DNA of 63,850 bases, filler included, from Kipferlia bialata (Eukaryota), in NCBI GenBank assembly GCA_003568945.1. It is 5 parts of 4 records of this genome, joined end to end, with 100 filler letters (N's around TTAATTAATTAA, not from the genome) between each part and the next. Parts side by side here need not be neighbours in the genome. Positions count along the whole stretch, not along the records: positions 1 to 22,856 come from BDIP01000276.1; 4 more parts are not named here. One strand, given 5' to 3'. A program made the translations under genes and the position numbers. The stretch's first letter is position 1, and the number at the start of each line of letters is the position of its first letter. The notes beneath the pieces are model-generated. The model did not search any database, had not been told where the DNA came from, and saw only the letters and a list, made by a program, of their open reading frames with translations. Below, piece after piece: positions 1-14,100 of the stretch.

Positions 1-50
<50 letters not shown>
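1..50. repeat. (TC)n microsatellite
   Basis: Perfect TC dinucleotide run. Confidence 0.95.
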
Positions 51-55
<5 letters not shown>

Positions 56-95
56 TTATCTCTTACCCTAGCAATTATATACATCTAATATCCAG

Positions 96-896
96 CCTAA
101 GAGGAAGCCCGTGACCACTGCCATGCACTGTCTGTTGAGACCTGTCACATCGGCCCCATACCTCAGTCAACGTATGTGTGTAGTATATACTAGTGTATAT
201 ACTGTATACCGTGTGTATATATATCGTATATACATATATAGGGATCACTGTCTGTTGAGACCTGTCACATCGGCCCCATACCTCAGCCAGTGTACGTATA
301 TATGCTAGTTATATACCATATATCATATATATCCCTCAACATATTGCTTGAGAATACCCTGAGGGGACACCAATACCCACAACATAGTTATTAGTATTGT
401 ATATATATATGAATGTGTGTTTGTATATGTATCCCTCACCCCCAGTGCTGGAGAAGACCCTGAGGGGGGACATGCAGATGACATCTAGGGTAAGTGGACA
501 GTATGTACATATATACATGTATATATATACATATACATATGGTATATATATGTTCTATACTATATACTTAAACTGGATATATATTTATGATATACTTAGG
601 GGGGACATGCAGATGACATCCAGGGTAAGGATGTATATATCCAGATATCATATACATACTATACAGGGCACAATAGCAATATTCACACCACAAATATAAT
701 TATGGCACAAGATCAAGTTGGTGACCTGCAATGACATCTATAAGTGTATAATGGACAGGTAATATGTATTCTACATACATTTGACACACACATACACTCA
801 CACTCTCTAATACACTAACCCTAGATCTCCATCAGTGGAGGTCCCTTCCTGACACCCCCCACGGAGAAGAGTCACCTCGACCTGGCAAAGTAAGTG

Positions 897-931
<35 letters not shown>

Positions 932-1758
932 GATGTATAATGCATGTGTCCCATAATAGAAGAGTCACCTCGACCTGGCCAAGTATGTGCATGTATATAC
1001 AGAGTCAGTGTAGTACTTATACCCTTTCTCTCTCGCTCTACACCACTAATATAGGTTCTACATCAAGAACTGTGTACATGCTATATCTCTCTCCCTCTAC
1101 ACCCTTTCTCTCCCCCCCTACACCCTTTCTCTCCCCCTCTACACCCCTAATCCACAGGTTCTACATCATGAACTGTGTGCATGCTCAGATGATCCACAAG
1201 ATATCGGCCAGTGTCAGATACTCTGCACCCACAGACGCCAACATAGACCCAGCTGAGGTGTGTATATTTACCGGTAGACACAGATTTAGATAGATAGATG
1301 GATAGATGTTATGCCCTCATGTATATATGTATATTATAGTGTATATGTGTATACTATAGTGTATATATATGTATATTATAGTGTATATATGTATATTATA
1401 GTGTCTATATGTAGCATCAGGGCAAGAGGAATGACATGTATGTCCCTTTCAATCCCATAGTCTATACTAATTTCATATATATATATATATATGTGTGTGT
1501 GTATATATATGTTGTAAGGTACTATGACTAATTGTATGTCTTACACCAGGGCAAGCGCAATGACATGTATGTCCCATTCAATGCCACGGTGGCAGGGTTC
1601 ACAATGACACAGAGGGCGGTGAGTATACCACACATATATATATATATAGAAAGAGAGAGAGAGGGGGAGAGAGAGAGAGAGAAAGAGACTATGCCACGGT
1701 GGCAGGGTTCACAATGACACAGAGGGCGGTGAGTGGTATTTTATAGAGCGAGTATATG

Positions 1759-1793
<35 letters not shown>

Positions 1794-4700
1794 CATGCTA
1801 CAATGACACAGAGGGCGGTGACTGATATATAGAGGAGTTATATCTCTTTATAGTGTTGGATACGTTGTTTTGTTCCTCACTCTAGTCTCTGTTCCCCATG
1901 TGCCGCTCTATGGGCTTCCCCATATCCTGTGCTGCCTGGATAGGAGTACTCCACAACACAGTGTCACTGAAGCTCATATTGCCTGAGGTATGTATCTACA
2001 TATATATACTATATATTGCAATATTTTTATATATACTGTGATGCCTGGATAGGTGTACTCCACAACACAGTCAGTCTCAAGCTGATTCTACCTGAGGTGT
2101 GTATATTGATTTATATATACAAGTAGTATATATATATATATATACTCTGTGATGCCTGGATAGGTGTGCTGCACAACACTGTCAGTCTCAAGCTGATCCT
2201 GCCAGAGGTATATACTATATACATGTAGTGTATATATATATATATATATACATATACTATGGGATGCCTGGATAGGTGTACTCCACAATACAGTGTCCCT
2301 GAAGCTGATTCTACCTGAGGTATCCATATTTATTATGTTTTTATACTATATTCATATATTTCAGTCAGTCTGTAGCTGATCCTGCCTGATGTAGGGTATA
2401 TATTGTCACATGTGGGTCTGGAGACATTTTCATATTCATTTATATTGCACATAGACTGGATAACTAATTACATCTTATCCCAGATCATTGAGTCCCCCAT
2501 ATATTTGTATGCGTTGAATATATATATATTGTGTACAATAGATATACTGATGTGTATTCGAATGATTCTCACCCCAGATCAACCGCATCATTGAGTACAT
2601 CATATATATATGTATTTATATATTGATTAACCTCTATATATCCATATACACATGTCTAACCCTCCAGATCAACCACATCATTGAGCCCCTGGCCAGCAAG
2701 AGCCTCGAGTTTGCAGGTACATGGGTACACACATATATATATATATATGTGTGTGTGTACAATATATGTATACATATATGTATATACAGTACCATATGGC
2801 CAGCAAGAGTCACTAATATGCAAGTGCAGACATATTATATATAATCACACACATACATACAGTAACAGATAGTCTCGAGTATGCAGGTGCAGATGTACAT
2901 GTATACACGACATATATATGTATACCCGACATATATATATATAGTATATTTTGAACACATACAGTCTCGAGCATGCAGGTGCTGTATACATGCACATATG
3001 TGTATATGTGTATATTCACACATACATACCTCGAGTATGCAGGTACATGCATATACATGCACATGTCATCACATTCTGCCCTGTATATATATATATACTA
3101 CTTGTATATACTACTCTGTTCTGAGCTTACCCCTTAGGCACCTCCCTGGCCTCTCTCACTCTCTCTCTCTCTCTCTCTATCCTTATGTACCTCATCTTTA
3201 GGCACCTCCCTGGCCTCTCTATGTGAGTACTACAGGGCTGTGATGGCACTCATACCCACAATGACACCCGCTGAGGTATGAGATCTATATATGTATATAC
3301 ATATGGTATATGTTATGTATATACAGAGTATCAATAGTACTGATGGCACTGATACCCACAATGACGCCCGCTGAGGTATGTATCAGTGTATATGTGCATA
3401 TACTCTTGTACATACTCTGTTACTATTGTGATCACTTGTGTATAGATAGATACTCTAGACCCTGTATGCACCTTTTGTTCTCTCTCCATAGCCCTAGTAT
3501 GGCGTTGTATTATACATTATTCATATATCCCTTACCCCCAGTATGATGTTGACTCCTGGCCCAAGTACGTCAGGCAGAACGCAGCGTACTACGGAGTCAT
3601 GAGAGGTATGGGGTTATGAGTGGTTTAACTATATATATGTGTGTGTATGTTCATACCCCACCCCAGGCAAGAGGACTGTGCTCCCCAACACCCACATCCC
3701 CATCGACCCATTCTTCCACCACTGCCCAGGGTATGTGTGTGTACAGTATAGAATCAGTGTGTATACATATCATCCCCGTTGATATATATATATATACATA
3801 CAATATATATGTATATGTACAACCATGTACATGATGGTGTTTATGTATATATAGCCCTATATCTTACCCCCAGCGATGAGTGCACTGCATGGAATCACAT
3901 ACGCCTCGCCTTTGTCTATATGTGTATTCATGAATACACACACCACATATACATATATACATATATATACATTGTCTGACCCCCAGTGACGTGTGCACTG
4001 CATGGAATGAGGTGACCCTCACCAGAGACATCCTGGGGTACAGGTATGCCGTGTATACACACACATATATATATGGTATACATGCATATGTATATGTGTA
4101 TGGATATATCAATATATGAGGTGGCACTCACCAGAGACATCCTGGGGTACAGGTACAGTACTGCATGGATATGTACTCCATATACACATGTTATAGTATA
4201 TTGTGTAAGATATTTGACATCTCCCTCCCTCTCTAACCTCTAGGGCCATAACCGCCTCTACTCATAGTGTACACACATATATATATGGTATACACGCATA
4301 TGTATATGTGTATGGATATATGTGTATTTGAGGTTGCACTCACCAGAGACATACTGGGGTACAGGTATATCCAATACACACACACATACAGCTTGTTTCC
4401 TCTCTCTCTCTCCCTCCCTCCCTCTTACACTCTAGGGCCATCACCGCCTCTGGTCGTGATGCCCGTAAGAACCCAGGCCTCTCCCCCATCCCTGCCTGTC
4501 TGCCCCAGAGACTGGTAGGATGGAGTAGAGACATCAAGAATAGGTATACAGTGTATATATACACTAGAGACAGTATATATATACTATATGTAGTATTTAC
4601 TTTATACTATATATATATATGTATACTATATGCAGTATGTATACTCCATCCCTGCCTGTCTGCCCCAGAGACTGGTGGGGTGGTCTAGGGACATCAAGAA

Positions 4701-5743
4701 CAGGTAGAGAGGCAGTATATACATAAGAGACAGGTTATATATACTATATGTAGTATATACATTATGGTATTTTATATATATATATATACTATATGTAGTA
4801 TGTATACCCCATCCCTGCCTGTCTGCCCCAGAGACTGGTAGGATGGAGTAGGGACATCAAGAATAGGTAGAGAGGCAGTATATACAATATAGACAGCGTA
4901 TATATACTATATGTAGTATTTACATTATGGTATTAGATATATATATATATACTATATATATATATAATATACCCCATCCCTGCCTGTCTGCCCCAGAGAC
5001 TGGTAGGATGGTCTAGGGACATCAAGAACAGGTATATGGTGTAGATGTATGATTTCTTTAATTACTCCTTCTTACCTATGCTGTATAGACTCACTCTAGG
5101 GCCGACGAGATAGCCACCACAGGGGGTATATAGTACAGACAATCCTGTATATTCATATGTATATGTGTATTCATATGTGTATGTGCGTCCCATACTGATA
5201 CCAGGGCTGACAAGATAGCCACCACGGGTGGGATGGATGCCTTTGACCCCAGGGCATACGGCATCAGTGTGTTTGCAGGTATATACAGTGTATAGAGTCT
5301 ATATTGGGATAGTATGATACTCCTGTGTATCTCACTCCTAATACAGCCATCATCCCCCCTTTCCCCCTTATTCCCGGCAACCCCCCCTATCTTCAGATGC
5401 TTGGGTATTCTCTCTCTCTCTCTTTTACCGCTCATTCCAGGCAACCCCCCCTGCCTTCAGAAGCTTGACATGCTGCCTGGGTTTGGGCACCTGGGACCCA
5501 TGTCACTCAGTGTGCTCAAGGTATATACACTGCACATACGGTGCTCTCTCCCTCTCTCCATCGCTATCCCTCATCTCTCTACCCCCCTCTCTCCCTCTCC
5601 CTCTCTCCATCGCTATCCCTCATCTCTCTACCCCCTTGATACCCAGACAGCCACTGGCCCAGGCACTCTGACTGTGAGCCCCATATTGGCAGAGACCAAG
5701 TAAGTATATGTATATATATATATATACATATACTAGTAGTAAG

Positions 5744-5777
<34 letters not shown>

Positions 5778-6035
5778 CTACTCTGTATGTGTATTACTAT
5801 ATACAGTATTGATAGCATAGTTTACTGATAGTGAATATATCAATACACTGACTGTGAGCCCCATACTCGCAGAGACAAAGTGAGTATGATAATGTATATG
5901 TCATCACCTACTATTGTATTGTATTGGAGTGAGTGGTTGCGTGTATATATCATAAGTTGAGAGATAATTGACATATAGTATATATTCTCCTACCTATGCC
6001 CATAGTTCATGGCAGGCCTGGACGTTGAGCCCTTG

Positions 6036-6069
<34 letters not shown>

Positions 6070-6840
6070 CATATGCCCACTAACCTTAGGTTCACTGCTG
6101 CCCTTGATGTAGAGCTGTTGGCCGGTCTAGTCCGACACGGCATAGAGGTGGCATCCATACAGAGGTACTTAATGTCTGTAAATATACTATATGTGTATAT
6201 AGTATATATGCATTATACACTAGATGCTGGCGCATAGTGTATATGGTCTAGTGAGACACGGCATAGAGGTGGCATCCATACAGAGGTAGGGGTTGATATA
6301 TACATATAGTGTGTAGTATATATATATATATATATATATATATACTTGCCATACTATATATATGTAATATATGTGGTCTAGTAGGACGCCTTAGTGTATC
6401 TCCATACATATTAGTATGAATGTACTAGCCGCCTCTGACCCATCAGGATCAAGCACGACCTGTCGTACACCATGTGTTTGTCTGTATAGCCATATATGAT
6501 ATACATATGTATGAGTGTGTGTGTGTGTGTATATGTATATACTACAGTCTCTAACACTCAGGATCAAGCACGACCTGTCTTACACCATGTACCGTATGTA
6601 TGTAACTATACATGATTAATACACATAGTATTAGTACCCATATATATACATATGACTCATATGTATATATCTCTCCTAACCATCAGGATCAAGCACGACC
6701 TGTCGTACACCATGTGTCATATGATATACATATGTATGAGTGTATGTGTGTGTGGAGTCACTATATACTACAGTCTCTCACACCCAGGATCAAGCACGAC
6801 CTGTCGTACACCATACCCCTATGTATATTACTATACATAA

Positions 6841-6885
<45 letters not shown>

Positions 6886-7803
6886 GTTCCTAACACCCAG
6901 GATCAAGCACGACCTGTCGTACATCATACCCCNNNNNNNNNNNNNNNNNNNNNNNNNNNNNNNNNNNNNNNNNNNNNNNNNNNNNNNNNNNNNNNNNNNN
7001 NNNNNNNNNNNNNNNNNNNNNNNNNNNNNNCATACATACATATATATGTTCCTAACACCCAGGATCAAGCACGACCTGTCGTACAGTCTGGGCAAGTTGT
7101 TCACAGAGGTATGATGACGTATATTCTGTATATTATATACTTTATCTATTATTGTATTACCATATAATGTATGTGTTATATATACCATGTACTATTGTAT
7201 ATCAAGCACGACCTGTCGTACAGTCTGGGCAAGATGTTCTCAGAGGTATGGATAGCTATATGCATGTAGATAATCAGTTATGTACAAAGATATTATTTTT
7301 GTATATATATGTGAGTGATTGATCATACCTGGGCAAGATGTTCACAGAGGTATGGATAGCTATATGCATATTTATGTATAATTGTATGTTATTTTTGTAC
7401 ATATGTGAGTGATTTATCATACCTGGGCAGATGTTCTCATGGGTATGGACAGGCATACAGAAATGCTAATAGTGTACATATATAGTGGTTGTGTGTGTAT
7501 TAATTATACTTGGGCAAGAGTGATGAATAGAGTGTAGTATATCTGCCCATATGCTCCTTCTGTGACCTCTCGCTCTATGTATGTATATATGTATGTATCT
7601 ACGTGTTCTGTAGAATATCATTGCATATATCTCACCCTAGGCCGAGATCCTGTCCCGTGCTGTCTCTCTCTCTCTCTCTCTCTCTCTCTACATGTATGTA
7701 TATATATATATAACGTATACCTCACCTCTAGGCCGAGATTCTGTCCCGTGCTGTGGGTCTCATCGGCCTGGCAGTCTCGTGCTTCTGCCTGGAGTTCAAG
7801 TAG
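96..7803 (+). CDS. Hypothetical protein, 5'-truncated, 18 exons visible
   Basis: Manual splicing at GT-AG sites gives one open frame: exons 96-171, 446-489, 825-889, 1158-1257, 1550-1618, 1886-1987, 2668-2716, 3202-3275, 3542-3605, 3667-3730, 3987-4043, 4436-4543, 5205-5278, 5441-5520, 5647-5699, 6090-6164, 7063-7108, 7732-7803 (TAG). Product PKRKPVTTAMHCLLRP...GLAVSCFCLEFK*. All phases are compatible; no family recognised. Confidence 0.8.
2043..2390 (+). repeat. Intronic array of 3'-exon-end plus donor copies of exon 1886-1987
   Basis: Copies at 2043-2096, 2154-2207, 2266-2319 and a degenerate one at 2363-2390, separated by AT microsatellite spacers. Confidence 0.95.
4646..5031 (+). repeat. 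Intronic array of 3'-exon-end plus donor copies of exon 4436-4543
   Basis: Three ~58-nt copies of ccatccctgcctgtctgccccagagactgg...aag aay ag|gt at ~160-nt period. Confidence 0.95.
6441..6925 (+). repeat. Intronic array of acceptor plus 5'-exon-start copies of exon 7063-7108
   Basis: cag|gatcaagcacgacctgtc(g/t)tac with AG ending at 6446, 6561, 6686, 6787 and 6900. Confidence 0.95.
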
Positions 7804-8534
7804 ATAGAGGTATACACACACCTACGCACCCAGAGAGAGTGAGAGAGAGAGAGAGACTGTGAGAGGTGTATGTTTGCACACACACTCTCTATTTGCCACT
7901 TGTGGGGTACATTCACGCCGGTTGACGTGTGTGTATGCCTGTTTACCTCCGATGGTGTAGTTTGGTCTACAGACACACGTAGAGAGAGAGAGAGACAGTT
8001 CGTCTTGGTAGAGGACTGTCAGGCCATCGTACAGACCTATATGGACCTTCTTACGTGTCACAGAGTCTGATGTAATAGAGAATAGACAGATCTCTTTGAC
8101 AGATGGTGTCATATCTGTGGGGGATATAGTAGTACTATATATAAGAGTACTATTAGTACTCTTCCCTATATGTCAAGTCACAATGCGTATTGGTCACCCC
8201 AATTATCATACGATACGTCTATCACATACATCCGTAACATGCTATTAGGTCCCAGTATGACTGTAGACTCTGCAGTGATAGAAGCGTGTCAACCATGACA
8301 CCTTCCTTAGGTCTACAGTGCATCGCACATGAGTCATCTACAACAACTCTCTCTCTCTCTCTTAGTCTACAGTCCTTGACACTCCGAGGTGATATACAGT
8401 GTAGGATAGATACCCTCACCCTTCCACCCCAGGGTGTCCCATGGGTATACAGTAGGCACCCACCTCCCACACTGCTCTCCCCCCATTCTCTCTCAACCCA
8501 TACCACCACTACCCCATCCCTTGTCACAAGAGAT

Positions 8535-9299
8535 ATGGTCAAGCTGGTCGGAGTCTGGAAGTTCCTGAGGTAAAGAATGGAGTAGATAGAGTACAATCTG
8601 TATACTCTAGCACTGGGACCTGCAATCTACTTCACTACTACTATGTATAGCTCTGTAAAGGGAGAGAGAGAGGTATTGCCATAGCCCATAGACTCTGGTT
8701 GGGGAGAGAGAGACTGTCTTGTGGAAAAGAGTAATACAAGTGGCACTACCTCTCTTGTTAGATGCATTCTTCCCTGTCTCTACATAGATACCTGTATCCT
8801 ACGCAATACAGATACATAGTGTGTATGCAAGCTCACGGCTGCCTCTCTTACCCTCTCTCTCTCTCATAACCTCTAAGTACTATAATCTATCTATCTCCCC
8901 TGCCTTTCCTGTCCCTATATATATACTGCCTTTTCTCCACCTCTCAGTTCTCTCTCACCCCAGTCCTGTTGTAACGTATATTACACTTTACTATCACTCT
9001 ATCTACTGTGTATGGATGTGTGCCCCATTCTTCCTCTAGTAGCTATACTCTGTCCCATTCTCTCTCTTTCTCCTACATCCTACATCCATCCTCTTGTCCA
9101 ATCAGCTGTTCGGCTTCTCTCTTCCGTCCTATCCTCTCTCTATCTCTACCCCACCCCATTCTTTCTCCTCACCACCGAGATCCTATGAGGATGGAAGGCC
9201 TTCTATCTCTCTCTCTCTCATGTATATGTACACATATATTCTATATTACATATATGAATCTTCATTCACCTTCCAGGTCCTAAGAGGATGCAATGCGGC

Positions 9300-9345
<46 letters not shown>

Positions 9346-11122
9346 GTACTTTTACTACATCTTAACACCCCAGGTCCTATGAGGATGCAAGGTCTATCAA
9401 TCTCTCTTTCTCTCTATAGTAATTATTAATATGCTCTCTCTCTGTCCCTACACCCTTCTTACTCCCAGGTCTTATGAGGATGCCGGGTCCAAGCAGGACA
9501 GGGACATGGTAGGTAAGGGATTAATGCATTTATATATATATGATACGACATCTGTATAATGGTATGCACGATGGTATGCATACTATATGGGTTTAGAGTC
9601 CAAGCAGGACATCGACATGGTCGGTGAGTAGCCATCACTTCTATATGTACACTTATATCACCTATATATGTCATATATACCCCCTTATATATAAGAATGT
9701 ATACTAAATACTCACTTATATATATGCAGGGTCCAAGCAGGACAGGGACATGGTAGGGGGACAAAGACTGTGTAGTATATATACACTACATGGATGTATA
9801 TATATAATATGAAGCATATACACTATGCATGCTATATATACATTAGTGTTAGATCCAAGCAGGATAGGGACATGGTAGGTAAGGGACTCATAGATGTATA
9901 CTCAATATTACTTAGTACATGGACAACCAGTATATACACTGGTCTCACACCCATACTCTTAGGATAGGAGGGAGGTATATATACCTGTTGGTGTCTGTGG
10001 ATATATCACACAATCTCTACACCTAACCTAGCCCACACTGATATCATGAAGTGAAGACATATATATAACTTTGTGGGTGATAATGAGTACATGTATGTGT
10101 CTTCACTGTGTATACGTCTAACAATACGGAGATCATGAAGTGATAACATATACAAATAAGTGTGTGGGAGAGTGTGTACATATGTGTCTATACTATGTGT
10201 GTATATGTCTCACCCCCTGCATATATAAATACATATATATATATATATACATATACATGTGTGTCTTAACCCCAGCCCACAATGAGATCATGAAGTGCAG
10301 GAAGTGGCTGTCAGACCCAAACGCACCCCCTCATAAGGTATAGTAAAATATACTATAGTATATCCAGTTTGTGAATTCATTGTGTATATTGTGCATGTGA
10401 TTATCAATGTGTTGCTGTCAGACCCAAACGCACCCCCTCACAAGGTGAATACTATATGACACATATAGTATACATGGTATATAATGTGTACATGTGATTA
10501 TAAGTGTGTTGCTGTCAGACCCAAACGTACCCCCTCATAAGGTAGAGTATTGTATACTAGCTACACCAGTATATATAGAATGTATAGTACATGTATATTT
10601 TGTGAATATTGCATATATGTGGTTATTGACATAGTAATTATATATATGTGTGGCTGTCAGATCCCAACGTACCCCCTCACAAGTTATAGTAAATACCCAT
10701 GCATATGAATGTGTGCAGACTAAGTAATACACCTCATGTAACTCTCTCAGAAGTAATTCTGTATGTGTTTGGTGGTCAGAGTCCAATGCACCTCCTCGAA
10801 ATGTATATATATGTATATAGTATGTATGTAGAGTATAAACTTAAGCATATATATGGGTGCATCTAACCACCAGGTCCGTACCAGCATCCTGAAGCTGGTG
10901 GCACTCAGACTCAACGGGTATGTACATGTATGTAGAGTACTATAGAGTATATACTATAAACTATGCTATACACAGTGTGTCTGAAGCTGGTGGCACTCAG
11001 ACTCAACGGGTATGTATATATTAGTATGTAGAGCAGTTCATTGTATATAACAGTAATCCTACATACACATATAGACAGACAGAGAGAGATGGGTGTTGGT
11101 CATCGCGGTATGTTGAACAATG

Positions 11123-11154
<32 letters not shown>

Positions 11155-14100
11155 ACAATGTACCTCTCACCCTAGCTATGACTTTGGGTTTGGCTTCAAC
11201 GCCTGTTGCCAGTTGATAGCATCCAGGACACCCAAGGTACGATACTGTATATACAATATATATAGTATATATTGTATACTATGTACAGAATACGGAGCAT
11301 ATACTGCATAACTATCGTATACCCCAGTAATGGGTGCTTGTATTGACAACATCGAAGACACCCGCTCTCTCTATCTGTATACATATGTATATGACAACTG
11401 TGTATTTGGTATAACTCCATCTCACGCTAGTGCAAGGCCATAGGGTATCTGGCCACTGCCTGTCTGCTCCCCACCACATCCAGCCCAGTCATCATGCTGA
11501 CCAATACACTCATGGAGGACTTGACAGCATAGACATATTATATGTGTTTATATGTATATATATATTGTATATATAGTATATATATCCAGCCCAGTCATCA
11601 TGCTGACCAATACACTCATGGAGGATCTCACTGCTTCTAACGGAATGATATACTATATATGTATTTGTGTATAGGTAGGTATAGTGTGGATATAGTGTAT
11701 ATATACGTATATATATATAGTATATACATCCAGCGCAGTCATCATGCTAACGAATACATTGATGGAATACTTGACAGCGTCTAATGGTATATACTATGTA
11801 CTATACTACAGTGCGAACAATGACCTGTTGGAATATATATATGAATATATATATATATACCTATAAATTGTATAAATACATCCAGCCCAGTCATCATGCT
11901 GACCAACACGTTGATGGAGGTGGTCTTTAGAATATTTAGTGTGTACTCTCATGCAGTCATATCATCTAACCCCCAGCCACCTACCTGTCCTACTGGCGCA
12001 GAAGTGCCGCACTCAACATGATGTGCAGCATGACATCGGGTATGTTTAACACACACATATACATACATATGGCGGGTATGCTTATTAATATATATGCTTG
12101 CTATAAATGGTCGATACTCTATATGCACTCAACATGATGTAGAGTATGACGTCGGGTATGGATGTACAGACGTATACACCTACATAGATATATGTAGATA
12201 CATATTTATACATATACATTGAGATATTCCCTCTTGGATAGTATAGTATACTTAGATAGTGTGTACTGCGTACATAAACTCCACTATATATATATATAGC
12301 ACAAGGTGTTTATACCTCCTCACCCGCAGGCCTTGACATCCTGAGTGACACCGTTGTCAACATCTTCATGGACAAGCAGGAGGAGACACAAGTCAGGGTC
12401 AAGGTACTCTAAATGCCAATACTCATACGCATATACTCGTACGCTGCACTCCATTGTGACATACTCCTTCTCTCACCCCTAGGCCGCCCTTGTTCTGGTC
12501 AGGGGTGTCAGAGAGGGTGTGGTGTCAGTTGATGGACAGGAGTGGCCAGGAAAGCTGCCGGGTACTATAGTATTCATGTATATGCTGTACTACGTACTAG
12601 ATCGATATACTGGAGATGGCAATATCAGGTATTCTGGCAAATGTATGTATATGTATATATGTATAATGCTATGTGGATGGATAGGAGTGGCCAGGCACGC
12701 TGCCAGGTATGCACACACGATCTTATGGTTGTACTGGAACCCTCTTGATCCTAGGCGTTATCCTGTCTGCCTTCCTCCCCCTGCACATGATGCCTCATAT
12801 GATTATATGCATATATACAAATACTTATACATATACATGTATATAAATGTATACTCACTATCAGGCGATATCCTGTCTGCCTTCCTCCCCCTGCACATGA
12901 TGCCCTCTGTCACACACACACACATACATATATATCCCAGTGGAGTACACATACATGTACATTCATATATTTATGTTCTCAATATCAGGCGTTATTCTGT
13001 CGTCCTTCCTCCCCCTGCACATGATGCCCTCTGAGCTGGAGAGGAACTGGCCAGTGGCTAGGTATAGGCTATACATACATATCCTTATACAGCAGACATA
13101 TATACTCCTTACAGAGTTTGAATCAATACTCTAGGTACATCATACCCTCTGCGCAGGAGAGGAACTGGTGGTTGCATTGTCTTACTCCAGAACTGCCCTG
13201 TGTCTAGCCCACGTGTGTGAGGAGAGACAGCCTGGCAGTGTCCCTGGACTGGGGGTGGCAGTGGTGCATCTACTGAGGTACATACACACTACTCGATGTA
13301 TATCAAAACTACGCGGTCCTCACCACTTAGGGCAATTCATGTGAACAAGAGGTTCACCCTGTCCTACTTTATGCACAACGTGCTGGACCCTTTTATGCAG
13401 ATTAGGGCACTGAGGTGACACTCTAAATACTACACGATAATACTATGCTACCAACCTACGCGGTTTGTGTGTGTCTCTAAGTGCAGGATCCTGTGTCTGC
13501 CTGGCATAGGGGATAGTCTACAGGCCAATGTGCTGAGGGACCTGGCTGAAGTGATGGACATGGTACGAATGCATACTATATACTAGTAACGTACACCGTA
13601 TAGTGTTTACTATACTGTATATATACATGTATATATGTATATGAATGTATATATATCTAGGCCAATATGCGGACCTGGTAGAAGAGAAGGACATGGTGAG
13701 TGAGTGTATGTATGTACTTACATATTACATATACATTTAGTATTTCATCTTACTCTAGGTCCTCAACTCCAAGAGGCAGACTGTGAGACACCCCGTGAAT
13801 GTCAGTACATATATATATATATATAGAGAGAGAGAGGGAGAGAGTATATATACATAGTATTTCATCTTATTTCATCATATTATATCTTACTTTAGGTCCT
13901 CAACTCCAAGAGACAGACTGTGAGACACCCCGTGAATGTCATTATATATATGTGTATATAGTTATAGTTATATATCAGTAGTATATAGTATATATAACTA
14001 ATATACCTACTTTCAGGTCCTCAACTCCAAGAGGCAGACTGTGAGACACATGTACATATCAGTCTATATATATGTATATTAATAAATATGTAAATATATC

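Noticed and set aside
2043..2319. Mutually exclusive alternative exons as the explanation for echoes
   Set aside because: Echoes contain only part of the exon and only one splice site; no matching acceptor precedes them.
6441..7108. CRISPR-like repeat-spacer appearance (also 4486-5031, 10304-10800, 18110-18640)
   Set aside because: The repeats are copies of exon edges with splice sites, the spacers are related microsatellite DNA, the genome is eukaryotic and no cas genes are present.
336..8600. Many short Y/I/C/H-rich ORFs in the ORF track
   Set aside because: Translations of (AT)n, (GT)n and (TC)n intronic microsatellites.
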